From NCBI GenBank assembly GCA_963716605.1, contig CAVQTO010000002.1, positions 418,165-482,164 on the forward strand: a stretch of DNA of 64,000 bases. The letters are read 5' to 3'. Position 1 is the first letter of the stretch. Every line of letters starts with the position of its first letter. Made by a program: the position numbers and the translations under genes. Below are positions 1 to 8,957 of the stretch, in pieces. The notes under the pieces were generated by a model, which worked only from the letters and a program-made list of their open reading frames with translations, did not search any database and was not told the DNA's origin. The stretch is from an uncultured Actinomycetes bacterium (GTDB lineage: Bacteria; Actinomycetota; Thermoleophilia; Gaiellales; Gaiellaceae).

Positions 1-234
1 GGTGCCGGAGCGTCCGGCCACGAAGAGCTCGAAGCCGGGCGTGCAGAACGTGTTCTGCATGTCGACGAGGAGGAGGCAGACACGGGTGCTATCCGCGGCC
101 GCGGGATCGAGGCCGTGCGCGGCCGCCCAGGCTGTCGCATCCGCGAACCGCGCCTCGTACTCGACTCGCCAGACGTCGCCGACCCGCTCGAGGTCGACGT
201 GCGGCGGGAGCGGAAGTCCGGGCTCGCCTGCCAT
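1..234 (-). CDS. isochorismatase/nicotinamidase-like cysteine hydrolase, N-terminal part only (gene runs off window start)
   Basis: Not in the ORF track because there is no stop in the window. The reverse strand from ATG 234-232 reads [78 protein letters not shown]. LLxVDMQNxFC is the typical isochorismatase-family N-terminal motif. Confidence 0.5.
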   Translation of the reverse strand, partial: MAGEPGLPLPPHVDLERVGDVWRVEYEARFADATAWAAAHGLDPAAADSTRVCLLLVDMQNTFCTPGFELFVAGRSGT

Positions 235-240
235 GCGGCA

Positions 241-246
241 AGGCTA
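241..246 (-). promoter_or_regulatory. putative -10 box of a leaderless transcript
   Basis: TAGCCT on the minus strand, 6-nt spacer, ATG 234. Confidence 0.4.
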
Positions 247-345
247 GAACAACCCACACGGTTTCATGGGGCCACCCCGAACCACCACCCGCTTCGAGCG
301 TAACGAGGAAACCGTCACGCGTGGGTCACGGACCGTGCCGAGAGT

Positions 346-1890
346 GTGAAAGGTTCCGGCTTGAGGCGCCTGGCACTCCTGCCGATACGAGGTTGGGTGA
401 CGGACCTCGAGAACACGCTGCTCACGTGGCTTCCGATCATCTTCTTCGGGGTCGTCATCTGCCTCCTGCTGTACACGATCCGGTTCATGCCGCGGGCGAA
501 GCCGGCGCCGGTCGTCCGCGGGGCGGCGGTCGACGTGTCCTGGTCGGACGTGGCCGGACTGGACGAGGCGAAGGAGGAGCTGCACGAGGTCGTCGAGTTC
601 CTCCGCGACCGCAAGCGCTTCGAGAGGCTCGGTGCGCGCGTGCCGCGCGGGATCCTCCTGCACGGCCCGCCCGGTACCGGCAAGACCCTCCTCGCGAAGG
701 CGGTCGCGAGCGCGTCCGGCGCGAACTTCTACTCGCAGAGCGCGTCGTCGTTCGTCGAGATGTTCGCCGGCCTGGGCGCGGCGAGGATCCGGAAGCTCTT
801 CGAGGAGGCGCGCAAGAACGCGCCCGCGATCATCTTCATCGACGAGCTCGACGCCGTCGGCACGGCGCGCATGGGCGGAAGCATCCACCGCGAGCACGAC
901 CAGACCTTGAACCAGCTCCTCGTCGAGCTCGACGGCTTCAACGCGCGCGACGAGGTCGTCGTGATGGCCGCGTCGAACCGGCTCCAGGATCTCGATCCCG
1001 CGCTCCTCCGGCCCGGCCGCTTCGACCGGCAGGTGCTCGTGTCGCCGCCGGACGTCGCCGGCCGCGAGTCGATCCTCGCCGTCCACACACGCGGCAAGCC
1101 GCTGGCTTCGGACGTCGACCTCGGCCTGATCGCGCGGCAGACCTCCGGCCTCACCGGGGCCGATCTCGCGAACCTCTGCAACGAGGCGGCGATCCTCGCC
1201 GGCCGCAACGGCGCGCAGTACATCCGCCACGGCGACTTCGACGCGGCGATGGAGCGGATCGTCGCCGGCCTCCAGCAGCGGCGCGTCGTCACGGACAAGG
1301 AGAAGCGCATCCTCGCGTACCACGAGGCGGGGCACGCGGTCATGTCCCATCTCGTCGGCGAGCTCTTCCCCGCGCAGAAGGCGACCATCGTCTCGCGTGG
1401 ACAGGCGCTCGGGTACACGCTGAACATGCCCGCGGAGGACCGGTACCTGCACACGCGCGAGGAGTTCGTCGACCTGATGATGGTCTTCCTCGCGGGCCGT
1501 GCTGCGGAGGAGATCGTGTTCGGGCGGATCACGAACGGCGCCGCCAACGACCTCGAGCGCGTCACGCAGATCGCGCGCTCGATGGTCTTCGAGTACGGGA
1601 TGTCCGAGGTCGCCCCTTCGCGCACGATGCGCGCCGACAACTACGCGCTCTCGGAGGAGACGAAGCGGCTGCGCGACTCCGAGCAGGCGCGCCTCACCGA
1701 TCACGCGTACGACGAGGCGCTGCGCCTGCTCACGAAGCATCGCGCCTCGCTCGACCGCGTCGCGGAGGCGCTGCTCGAGAAGGAGACGCTCGACCGGGGC
1801 GAGCTCGAGGCGCTGCTCGCGGACGTGAGGCAGGAATCGCGCTCGTCGGAGACGGTCGGCGAGGTCCGCGCACTGCCCCTTCGCGACTGA
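346..1890 (+). CDS. ftsH: FtsH-family AAA+ zinc metalloprotease, short form with one N-terminal TM helix and no periplasmic domain
   Basis: 514-aa ORF with Walker A GPPGTGKT, Walker B IIFIDELD and zinc site HEAGH (AYHEAGHAV). Single TM LLTWLPIIFFGVVICLLLYTI. Start uncertain (GTG 346 or GTG 397). Confidence 0.9.
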   Translation: MKGSGLRRLALLPIRGWVTDLENTLLTWLPIIFFGVVICLLLYTIRFMPRAKPAPVVRGAAVDVSWSDVAGLDEAKEELHEVVEFLRDRKRFERLGARVPRGILLHGPPGTGKTLLAKAVASASGANFYSQSASSFVEMFAGLGAARIRKLFEEARKNAPAIIFIDELDAVGTARMGGSIHREHDQTLNQLLVELDGFNARDEVVVMAASNRLQDLDPALLRPGRFDRQVLVSPPDVAGRESILAVHTRGKPLASDVDLGLIARQTSGLTGADLANLCNEAAILAGRNGAQYIRHGDFDAAMERIVAGLQQRRVVTDKEKRILAYHEAGHAVMSHLVGELFPAQKATIVSRGQALGYTLNMPAEDRYLHTREEFVDLMMVFLAGRAAEEIVFGRITNGAANDLERVTQIARSMVFEYGMSEVAPSRTMRADNYALSEETKRLRDSEQARLTDHAYDEALRLLTKHRASLDRVAEALLEKETLDRGELEALLADVRQESRSSETVGEVRALPLRD

Positions 1891-1921
1891 GACACGGCCG
1901 CCCACGGATAGCATCGCTCGC

Positions 1922-2327
1922 GTGCGCGTGCGCGGCATCCACCATCTCGGGCTCGCGGTCGCCGACCTCGAGGGCGCGGTCGAGACCTGGGAGCGTCTCT
2001 TCGGCGCACAGGTCGAGCACCGCGACTCGCTCGCCTCGCAAGGAGTCGACGCCGTCTCGCTGCTCGTCGGCGAGAGCCGGATCGAGCTCCTCGCGCCGAC
2101 GGGAGAGGACACACCTGTCGGCCGGTTCCTCGCGCGGCGCGGCCCGGGGATCCACCACGTCGCGCTGGACGCCACGGACGTCGAGGGAGCGATCGCAGGA
2201 GCTCGCCGCGTCGGGCGTGCACGTGATCGACGAGACGCCGCGGCGTGGGCTGTTCGGGCTCGAGGTCGCGTTCGTCCATCCAGACGCCGTGCACGGCGTC
2301 CTCACGGAGGTGGTGTCCAGTGGCTAA
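1922..2327 (+). pseudogene. mce: methylmalonyl-CoA epimerase / VOC glyoxalase-fold protein, one frameshift as assembled
   Basis: ORF 1922..2377 gives MRVRGIHHLGLAVADLEGAVETWERLFGAQVEH...GIHHVALDATDVEGAIA. Homology continues in the frame ending at 2327 (ELAASGVHVIDETPRRGLFGLEVAFVHPDAVHGVLTEVVSSG). The switch is near 2198. Confidence 0.75.
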
Positions 2328-2547
2328 GAACGGATACGTGCGAGTCGAGATCGGGCTCGACGGAGGGCAGATCCTGAGCGTTCTCATGACCTCGGACAGC
2401 GCGAAGTCGCTCGAGGGCGCCCTCGACAAGGGCGACACCGGGGCGCTCGCGCTCGACGCGCAGGACGGTGAGCTCCGGCTCGTGCTCTCGCGGGTCCTGT
2501 ACGCGAAGCGGTTCGCACGCGAGTCGCGCGTCGGCTTCGCCGAGTAG
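2320..2547 (+). CDS. DUF3107-like small protein
   Basis: Frame of ORF 2245..2547. VAKNGYVRVEIGLDGGQILSVLMTSDSAKSLEGALDKGDTGALALDAQDGELRLVLSRVLYAKRFARESRVGFAE resembles the actinobacterial DUF3107 pattern (xVKIGV...L.L.D..G..vLVp...I.YvE.G....RVGF). GTG 2320 follows GGAGG; alternative start GTG 2338. Confidence 0.55.
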   Translation: MAKNGYVRVEIGLDGGQILSVLMTSDSAKSLEGALDKGDTGALALDAQDGELRLVLSRVLYAKRFARESRVGFAE

Positions 2548-2556
2548 GAGCCGAGG

Positions 2557-3495
2557 CTGCCGCTCCAGGTCGGCATCGTCGGCCTGCCGAACGCGGGCAA
2601 GACCACCCTCTTCAACGCGCTCACCCACGCGGGCGCGGAGGTCACGGCGTACGCATCCGTGGTCGAGAAGGCGAACGTCGGGATGGCGGTCATCCCCGAC
2701 GAGCGCCTCGGCAGGCTGGCCGAGCTCGTCGGCTCGCGGAAGATGACGCCAGCTGCGATCCGGGTCGTGGACGTACCGGCGACGAGCGCCGACCTTCCCG
2801 GCGGGCTGCGGCAGGCCGACGCGCTGCTCGCCGTTCTCGACGGGTTCTCGGACGGCGCAGATCCGGAGGCCGATCTCGAGCTGCTGAAGCTCGAGATGAT
2901 CATCGCCGACCGCGACCACGTCGCGCGCCGCCTCGACAAGGTCCGCAAGGACGCCAAGTCGGGAGACCCAGGGCTCCGCAAGGAGGCCGAGGTCACCGAG
3001 GAGCTGCTCGCGCACCTCGAGGGCGGAGCGCCGCTCTCGGCGTGGCCGCGGGAGGTCCCGGCCGCGCTCGAGCCGCTGACGACGCTGCCGGTGATCGCCG
3101 TCGAGAACGGGCCCGGAGGCATCGACTGCAAGCTCGAGATGGAGCTCGCGGAGCTCGATCCCGAGGAGGCCGCGGAGTTCCGCGCCGGGCCGTCCGCGCT
3201 CGACGAGATCGTCGGCAGGCTGAAGGAGGCGCTCGACCTGATCACGTTCTTCACCATCGGCGACACGGAGGCGCGTGCGTGGACTCTCAAGCACGGCGAG
3301 ACCGCGCTCGACGCGGCCGAGTCCATTCACACGGACATCGCGCGCGGGTTCATCCGCGCCGAGGTGATCCGCTGGGACGACCTGCTCGAGAGCGGGTCGC
3401 ACGCGGAGGCCGCGCGGCGCGGGCTGCAGCGGCTCGAGGGGAAGACCTACGTCGTCGAGGACGGCGACGTCGTCAACGTGCGCTTCAACGTCTAG
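2557..3495 (+). CDS. ychF: ribosome-binding ATPase YchF (Obg-family GTPase-like)
   Basis: ORF 2659..3495 ends with the YchF C-terminal domain (GFIRAEVIRWDDLL...GKTYVVEDGDVVNVRFNV). The P-loop VGIVGLPNAGKTTLFNALT lies upstream in the same frame, which opens after TAG 2545-2547. The only start-like codon there is CTG 2557, 8 nt after GGAG. Confidence 0.85.
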   Translation: MPLQVGIVGLPNAGKTTLFNALTHAGAEVTAYASVVEKANVGMAVIPDERLGRLAELVGSRKMTPAAIRVVDVPATSADLPGGLRQADALLAVLDGFSDGADPEADLELLKLEMIIADRDHVARRLDKVRKDAKSGDPGLRKEAEVTEELLAHLEGGAPLSAWPREVPAALEPLTTLPVIAVENGPGGIDCKLEMELAELDPEEAAEFRAGPSALDEIVGRLKEALDLITFFTIGDTEARAWTLKHGETALDAAESIHTDIARGFIRAEVIRWDDLLESGSHAEAARRGLQRLEGKTYVVEDGDVVNVRFNV

Positions 3496-4327
3496 CCGGC
3501 GGCGACGAGCGCGGCACCTGCGAGCGCGGCCGCGGCTGCCACCCGTCGGCCGCGGCTCAGCCGCTCGTCGCAGGAAGAGGCGCGCGAGCACGACGGTCAC
3601 GACGGGGTAGAGCGCGCTCAGGATCGCGACGATTCCGACCGTGCCCTCGGTCGTTGCGTACGCGACGGACACGTTCGCGCCCGTGTCGAACGCGCCGACG
3701 CCGACGAGGGCCGGAACGAGCGACCGTGGGGGCACTAGCGGTGCGGACATGACCGCGACGGCCGCGAACGCGACGACGACGGCCGTGAGACGCGCGGCGC
3801 CCACCGCCCACGGCACGCTCTCGTCCGCCGCCGAATCGATGCCGACGAAGAAGGCGCCGAAGCCGAGGGCGGCCACGAGTGCGAGGCCTGCTCCCTCCGC
3901 GATCCTGCGAGGACCGTCCGCCGACCGCTCGAGGGAGAGCGTCGCGATGCCCGCGAGCACGAGGCCGATGCCGAGCCACTGGAGCGCGGAGGGCACGGTC
4001 CCCTGTGCGAGGTCGAGCGTGAGCGGCACGACCGGTCCCGCCGCGGAGATCGGCGCCACGATGCCCATCGCGCCGATCGAGAGACCGCGGTAGAGCGCAC
4101 CGAGCCCGACGAGCCCCGCGAGCCCCGCCGCGGCACCCGGCAGCAGGTCGACGACGCCCGGGGAACGGATCGCTCGCGAGGAGGATCCAAACCACGAGCC
4201 CTGCGAGCCCGATTGCCTGCGAGACGGCGAGGACCGTGAGGACGGAGATGCGCCGCGAGGCGATGCCTCCGAGGAAGTCCCCGAGTCCCCAGAGGAGGGC
4301 GCCCGAAAGCGCGAAGAGCGCGGCCAC
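3492..4327 (-). pseudogene. EamA/DMT-family transporter, two frameshifts as assembled
   Basis: Three minus-strand frames join into one EamA protein. They read MAALFALSGALLWGLGDFLGGIASRRISVLTVLAVSQAIGLAGLVVWILLASDPFPG / VVDLLPGAAAGLAGLVGLGALYRGLSIGAMGIVAPISAAGPVVPL...LYPVVTVVLARLFL / ERLSRGRRVAAAAALAGAALVAAG, with the stop at 3492. Shifts are near 4152 and 3570. Confidence 0.75.
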
Positions 4328-4339
4328 GGAGCGCGGCCT

Positions 4340-5185
4340 CTAGGAGTGGTCGTCGCCGACGGGGCGCGTCGCGGCCTGCGCGTCGAGCTGGTTCGCGTGG
4401 TAGAGGACGGCCGCCTCCGCGGTGCGCGCGGCCGGCCGGTCGTGGTGGCTCGCGACCGCGTGCAGGAGCTCGGCGAGGACGGCCGGATCGAGGTCGCGCG
4501 AGCGCTCTTCGATCAGGCGGAGCCCAAGATGGACATGTCCCAGCAGCCGGCCCTCGTCGGTCGGGCGGAACGACGGCGCGCGTCCGAGCTCGCGGGTCCG
4601 GCCGAGGTCGTGCAGCAGCGCAGCCGCGAGCAGGAGGTCCCGGCGGAGACGCGGGTGGAGCTGCGCAGTTTCACGACAGAGCGTGGCCACGCCGACGGTG
4701 TGCTCGAGCAGCCCGCCCGCGTAGCCGTGGTGTCCGTCGACTCCCGCGGCGGGCAGCGCGCGGAGAGCCGAGCGGATCTCGGCGTCGCGCACGAACGAGT
4801 CGACGACGGCCGCGAGACCGGGGTGCGCGATCTCGGCGGCGAGGAACTCGAGGAAGCCGTCGAGCTCGTCGGCATCCCGGTGCATGGTCGGGACGAGCGA
4901 GGCCGGATCGGCATCGTCCACCGACTCGAGCGAGCGCACCTGCACCTGAAGCCGGCCGCCGAAGCTCTCGACCCGGCCGAGGACGCGCACGGCGTCGCCT
5001 TCGGCGAAGCGCCCGTCGAGGAGCTCGACGTCGTTCCAGACCCGGGCCTCGACGCGGCCGCTCGCGTCGGCGAGCTCGAGCGCGAGGTACGGGGCTCCCG
5101 CCCGCGTCCGCCGCCGCTCCTTTTTCACGACCGCGAAGACTCCCTCGACGGTCCGGTCCTCGACGAGCTCGGCGATGGTCGTCAC
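4340..5185 (-). CDS. YhaM-like 3'-5' exoribonuclease (OB-fold plus HD domain)
   Basis: ORF 4340..5224 has an N-terminal OB-fold (FAVVKKERRRTRAGAPYLALELADASGRVEARVWND) and an HD domain (LLEHTVGVA...AALLHDLGR...ASHH). The likely start is GTG 5185 (VTTIAELVE), preceded by TAGACT at leaderless distance. Confidence 0.8.
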   Translation of the reverse strand: MTTIAELVEDRTVEGVFAVVKKERRRTRAGAPYLALELADASGRVEARVWNDVELLDGRFAEGDAVRVLGRVESFGGRLQVQVRSLESVDDADPASLVPTMHRDADELDGFLEFLAAEIAHPGLAAVVDSFVRDAEIRSALRALPAAGVDGHHGYAGGLLEHTVGVATLCRETAQLHPRLRRDLLLAAALLHDLGRTRELGRAPSFRPTDEGRLLGHVHLGLRLIEERSRDLDPAVLAELLHAVASHHDRPAARTAEAAVLYHANQLDAQAATRPVGDDHS

Positions 5186-5192
5186 GTTCGGG

Positions 5193-5198
5193 AGTCTA
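5193..5198 (-). promoter_or_regulatory. putative -10 box, leaderless yhaM-like gene
   Basis: TAGACT, 7-nt spacer, GTG 5185. Confidence 0.5.
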
Positions 5199-5315
5199 GG
5201 TGGGGGTGGGGGACGAATTGTCACACTCTTGGCACACCTTCCCTGTCCCGGGCAGACATGTCGAGGGTCTGACCCCGCTCAACCGGCGGCGACAGTCGCG
5301 GCGAGCGGGCGTTGG

Positions 5316-5321
5316 TACGCT
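5316..5321 (+). promoter_or_regulatory. putative -10 box, leaderless DUF1015 gene
   Basis: TACGCT, 8-nt spacer, ATG 5330. Confidence 0.5.
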
Positions 5322-5329
5322 CGCCCGCG

Positions 5330-6402
5330 ATGGCCGACCTGAAGCCGTTTCGCGCCGTCCGCTACTCCGGCGCGGCCGGCCCGGTCGCGGACCTCGTGGC
5401 GCCTCCCTACGACGCGGTCGCTCCCGACGAGCGCGAGCGACTCCTCGCGCTGAGCCCGTACAACGTCCTCCACCTGACCCTCCCCGAGTCGGAGGACGAG
5501 GCGCGGCGCCTGTACCGGGAGTGGCTGGCGCGCGGGATCCTCGAGCGCGAGGACGTGCCCGCGTCGTGGCTGCTCGTGGAGGACTACGTCGGGCCGGACG
5601 GCGTCAGGCGCGACCGGCGTGGCGTCGTCGTCTCGCTCGCCGCGGAGCCGTACGAGACCGGCCGCGTGCTGCCTCACGAGCACACGCATCCGCAGATCCG
5701 GCAGGGGCGGCAGCGGCTGCTCGAGGCCACCCGAGTCCAGCCCGAGCCGATCTTCCTGCTCATCGACGGGAATCTCGACGTCGAGCTGCCGTCCGAACCG
5801 CCCGAGCTCGAAGTCGACGGCACGCGGCTCTGGCGGGTCGCCGACCTCGAGCTCGCGCCGCTCGCCGCGGGCGCGCTGCTCATCGCCGACGGCCACCACC
5901 GCTACGAGAGCGCGCTCGAGCTCGACGCGCCGGCCGCGCCGGATCATGGTGCTGCTCGTGTCGACCCACGACCCCGGCCTGCACGTCTTCCCGACCCATC
6001 GCGTGTTCTCCCGGCGACCGGATCTCGCGGCGCTTCGAGAGGGGGAGCCGCACGAGACGCTCGAGGGCGCCCTCGCCGCGTTGGCCGAGGAGCCACGCGA
6101 CAACGCCGCTGCCGTCGCCTACCGCCGCGACGGGATCGAGCTCGTGCGAGGGCGTGCGGGAGAGCTCGACGTGGAGCTCGTCGACCGGCATCGGGCTCGA
6201 CGGGATCGAGTACACGCCGCACCGGGACGAGGCGGTCGCGGCCGTCGACGGGGGCGAGGCGGACGTCGCGTTCCTCCTTCGCGAGCCTCGCGTGGAGGAC
6301 GTCTTCGCGGTCGCGCGCCGCGGCGAGCGGATGCCGCCGAAGAGCACCTACTTCTTCCCCAAGCCGCTCTCCGGCCTGCTCTTCCATCCGGTCGAGCCGT
6401 GA
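5330..6402 (+). pseudogene. DUF1015 family protein, two frameshifts as assembled
   Basis: MADLKPFRAVRYSG...VAPPYD...LLIADGHHRYESALE (frame of 5312..6676) / RIMVLLVSTHDPGLHVFPTHRVFS (frame of 5619..6515) / GIGLDGIEYTPHRDEAVAAVDGGEADVAFLLREPRVEDVFAVARRGERMPPKSTYFFPKPLSGLLFHPVEP (frame ending 6402). Shifts are near 5940 and 6187. Confidence 0.8.
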
Positions 6403-6450
6403 CCGACTGGCTCGAGCGTCTGCCGGCTCTGCGTCACCGACATCCGGGCG

Positions 6451-7197
6451 GTGCTCGAGCGGCAGCCGACCCGCTTCGAGCGGGAGCCCGTCCTCCGGCG
6501 TGGCGAGGGCGGTGACGACACGACCGCGATCGACCAGGCGGCCGAGGACGCGGTCGTCGCGCGGCTCGTCGCGCTGGACGAGGACTTCGTGCTCGTCTCC
6601 GAGGAGCTCGGCGAGCGGGTGTTCGGCGCGGGCGGCCCGCGCCGGGTCGTCCTCGACCCGATCGACGGCTCCGTGAACGCGAAGCGGGGAATCCCGTTCT
6701 TCTCGTTCTCGCTCGCGGTCGCAGCCGGCGGCACGATGGGCGACGTCGAGTTGGCGTACGTCTACGACTTCGGGACGGGCGAGGAGTGGACGGCCGAGAG
6801 CGCCGCCGGCGCGCGTCTCGGAGGCGAGCCGCTCCAGGTGCCGCCTCCGAAGGAGACCATCGAGATCCTCTGCTTCGAGGGGACGACGACGCAGGCGATC
6901 GCCGAGCGCGTTCAGGGCCTCGTCGGCGTCGCGGGCCGGATCCGCGTCATGGGTTCGCTCGCGCTCTCGCTCTGCCACCTCGCCGCCGGCCGCGTCGACG
7001 CCGTCTGCTCGCTGAAGGAAGCGCGTTCCGTCGACATCGCCGCCGCGCAGCTGCTCGTCCGCGAGCGAGGGCTCGCGATCGAGCTCGTCGACGATCCGCC
7101 GTTCGCGTCCGCGCCGCTCGACCTCGTCACGCGGTCACGGGTCGTGGCCGCCGGCTCCGACGAGCTCGTCTCCGCCGTCGCGGCCGCCCTCCGTTAG
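6451..7197 (+). CDS. inositol monophosphatase / FBPase-family phosphatase
   Basis: 248-aa ORF with EELG, VLDPIDGSVNAKRG and VDIAAAQLLVRE motifs typical of the IMPase fold. The N-terminus may extend to GTG 6399 through one more frame change (VTDWLER...). Confidence 0.8.
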   Translation: MLERQPTRFEREPVLRRGEGGDDTTAIDQAAEDAVVARLVALDEDFVLVSEELGERVFGAGGPRRVVLDPIDGSVNAKRGIPFFSFSLAVAAGGTMGDVELAYVYDFGTGEEWTAESAAGARLGGEPLQVPPPKETIEILCFEGTTTQAIAERVQGLVGVAGRIRVMGSLALSLCHLAAGRVDAVCSLKEARSVDIAAAQLLVRERGLAIELVDDPPFASAPLDLVTRSRVVAAGSDELVSAVAAALR

Positions 7198-7811
7198 CGC
7201 CAGACGACATACGCCCACGCGCCGAGCGGGGCGTCGACCTTCTTCGCCGACGCGTTACAGAGCCGGTACAGGATCCTGCCCGCGAGGTTCGTGTTGAAGA
7301 CCGGCGTCACCGAGACGCCGAGCGGCAGGTTCTGCGTCGGGAGCAGGATGGCGCGGTCGTAGGGCTTCACGCCGGGAACCGTCGCGCGCAGCGAGAGGCA
7401 CGCATGCGGTTCGAGCGCCGGAGCGTCGATGCGCACCTGGCCGTTCAAGACGGCGGTGTCCTCGAGCCGGAGCGAGCCGTTCTTCACTTTGGTGGAGTCC
7501 ACGATGTCGGCCGCAAGAGCAGGGCTCGGATACGTCCCGGTGAGGGCGCCGCTCGCGAGCACGCCTTCGATCGTCCCCGGCGGCCCCTGCGGTCCCGCCG
7601 GTCCGCGCGGGACCTGTCCCGCCTTGAAGTCGCGCGCGAGAAGGGAGCGGTCCGCGACTTTGGCCGCGGTGACAGCTCCGTCGCGAAGCTGCACGGTGCC
7701 GACCGAGCTGCGCGGGAGTACGGTCTCGCGCGCCGCCTCGCCCAGAGGCGTCGATCCGAGCAGCGCGACGAGCAGTGCGACCGCAGACAGCAGGAGCGAG
7801 ATCCTGCTCAC
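7194..7811 (-). CDS. hypothetical signal-anchored protein with a short collagen-like G-X-Y run
   Basis: Frame of ORF 7194..8006. GTG 7811 gives VSRISLLLSAVALLVALLGSTPLGEAARE..., contains RGPAGPQGPPG, then a beta-rich C-terminal domain. GGAGG lies about 14 nt upstream. Confidence 0.5.
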   Translation of the reverse strand: MSRISLLLSAVALLVALLGSTPLGEAARETVLPRSSVGTVQLRDGAVTAAKVADRSLLARDFKAGQVPRGPAGPQGPPGTIEGVLASGALTGTYPSPALAADIVDSTKVKNGSLRLEDTAVLNGQVRIDAPALEPHACLSLRATVPGVKPYDRAILLPTQNLPLGVSVTPVFNTNLAGRILYRLCNASAKKVDAPLGAWAYVVWR

Positions 7812-7850
7812 AACACGTGTTTCGACCTCCTCGGCCGTCCTCCTCGCAGG

Positions 7851-7856
7851 TACGCT
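7851..7856 (+). promoter_or_regulatory. putative -10 box, leaderless mrp
   Basis: TACGCT, 6-nt spacer, ATG 7863. Confidence 0.5.
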
Positions 7857-7862
7857 CGACCC

Positions 7863-8957
7863 ATGAGGCCCGACCGCGACGCGATCCTGAAGGCGCTCGA
7901 GCAGGTGATCGACCCGGAGCTCCGCAAGCCCGGTGACCGAGCTCGACATGGTGCGCGACGTCCTCGTCGAGGACGACGGCGCGGTCGCGGTGACGATCGC
8001 GCTCACCGTCGCCGGCTGCCCGCTTCGCCACTCGTTCGAGGAGCAGGTCGGGCGGTTCGTCGGCGCGGTCGACGGCGTGACCTCGGTGCGGCTCGGCTTC
8101 GACGTGATGAGCCCCGAGGAGAAGGCGGCGCTCGCGACGCGCCTGCGCGGCGGCCGGCCGGAGCGGAGCGATCTCGCTCTCCGCCGGGACGCGTGTGATC
8201 GCGGTCGCGTCGGGCAAGGGCGGCGTCGGAAAGTCGACGCTTACCGCGAACCTCGCCTACGCGCTCTCGATGCTCGGCGAGCAGGTCGGCGTCCTCGACG
8301 CCGACGTCTACGGGCACTCGATCCCGCACATGCTCGGCGTCCACCAGAAGCCGATCGCCGTCGACGAGATGATCGTGCCGCCGGTTCGCGGCGACCTGAA
8401 GCTGATGTCGATCGGGTTCTTCCTCGAGGAGAACGCGCCGATCATGTGGCGCGGGCCGATGCTGCACAAGGCGCTCGAGCAGTTCCTCTCCGACGTGCAC
8501 TGGGGCGAGCTCGACACGCTGCTCGTGGACATGCCTCCCGGCACGGGCGACGTCGCGATGTCCCTCGGCCAGCTGCTGCCGCGCGCGGAGGCGCTCGTCG
8601 TCACGACGCCGCAGCCCGCCGCGCAGCAGGTCGCGGTGCGGGCGGCGCAGATGGCGCTGAAGACGGGGATGCGCGTCGTCGGCGCGGTCGAGAACATGTC
8701 CTACCTCGCAGGGACCGGAGACGGAGATCTTCGGCTCCGGCGGGGGCCAGGCGCTCGCGGACGAGATCGGCGTTCCGCTCCTCGCGCGGATCCCGCTCGA
8801 CCCCGCCCTGCGCGAGTCGGCCGACGAGGGCGAGACGGTGCTCGAGACAGCGCCCGACTCGGAGGTCGCGCAGGCGATCCTCGCGCTGGCCGAAGTCGCT
8901 CGCGTCGTCACGTGCCGGGACGATCCGCAAGCCGCTCACGGTTCTGTACGCGCGTGA
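7863..8957 (+). pseudogene. mrp: Mrp/ApbC Fe-S cluster carrier ATPase with N-terminal DUF59 domain, at least 3 frameshifts as assembled
   Basis: MRPDRDAILKALEQVIDPELRKP / VTELDMVRDVLVEDDGAVAVTIALTVAGCPLRHSFEEQV... / RVIAVASGKGGVGKSTLTANLAYAL...DMPPGTGD...VVTTPQ...VENMSY / ETEIFGSGGGQALADEIGVPLLARIPLDPALRE. Shifts are near 7927 (extra g in cccggtg), about 8170 and about 8715. Confidence 0.85.

Noticed and set aside
244-2175. 643-aa minus-strand ORF, and similar long ORFs (e.g. 321..2327, 1701..3326, 2302..4068 upstream part, 5944..6978, 8601..9722, 43218..44213)
   Set aside because: They lie opposite to, or out of frame with, clearly homologous genes (ftsH, ychF, DUF1015, mrp, groEL). They have Arg/Pro/Ala-rich composition without domain signatures.
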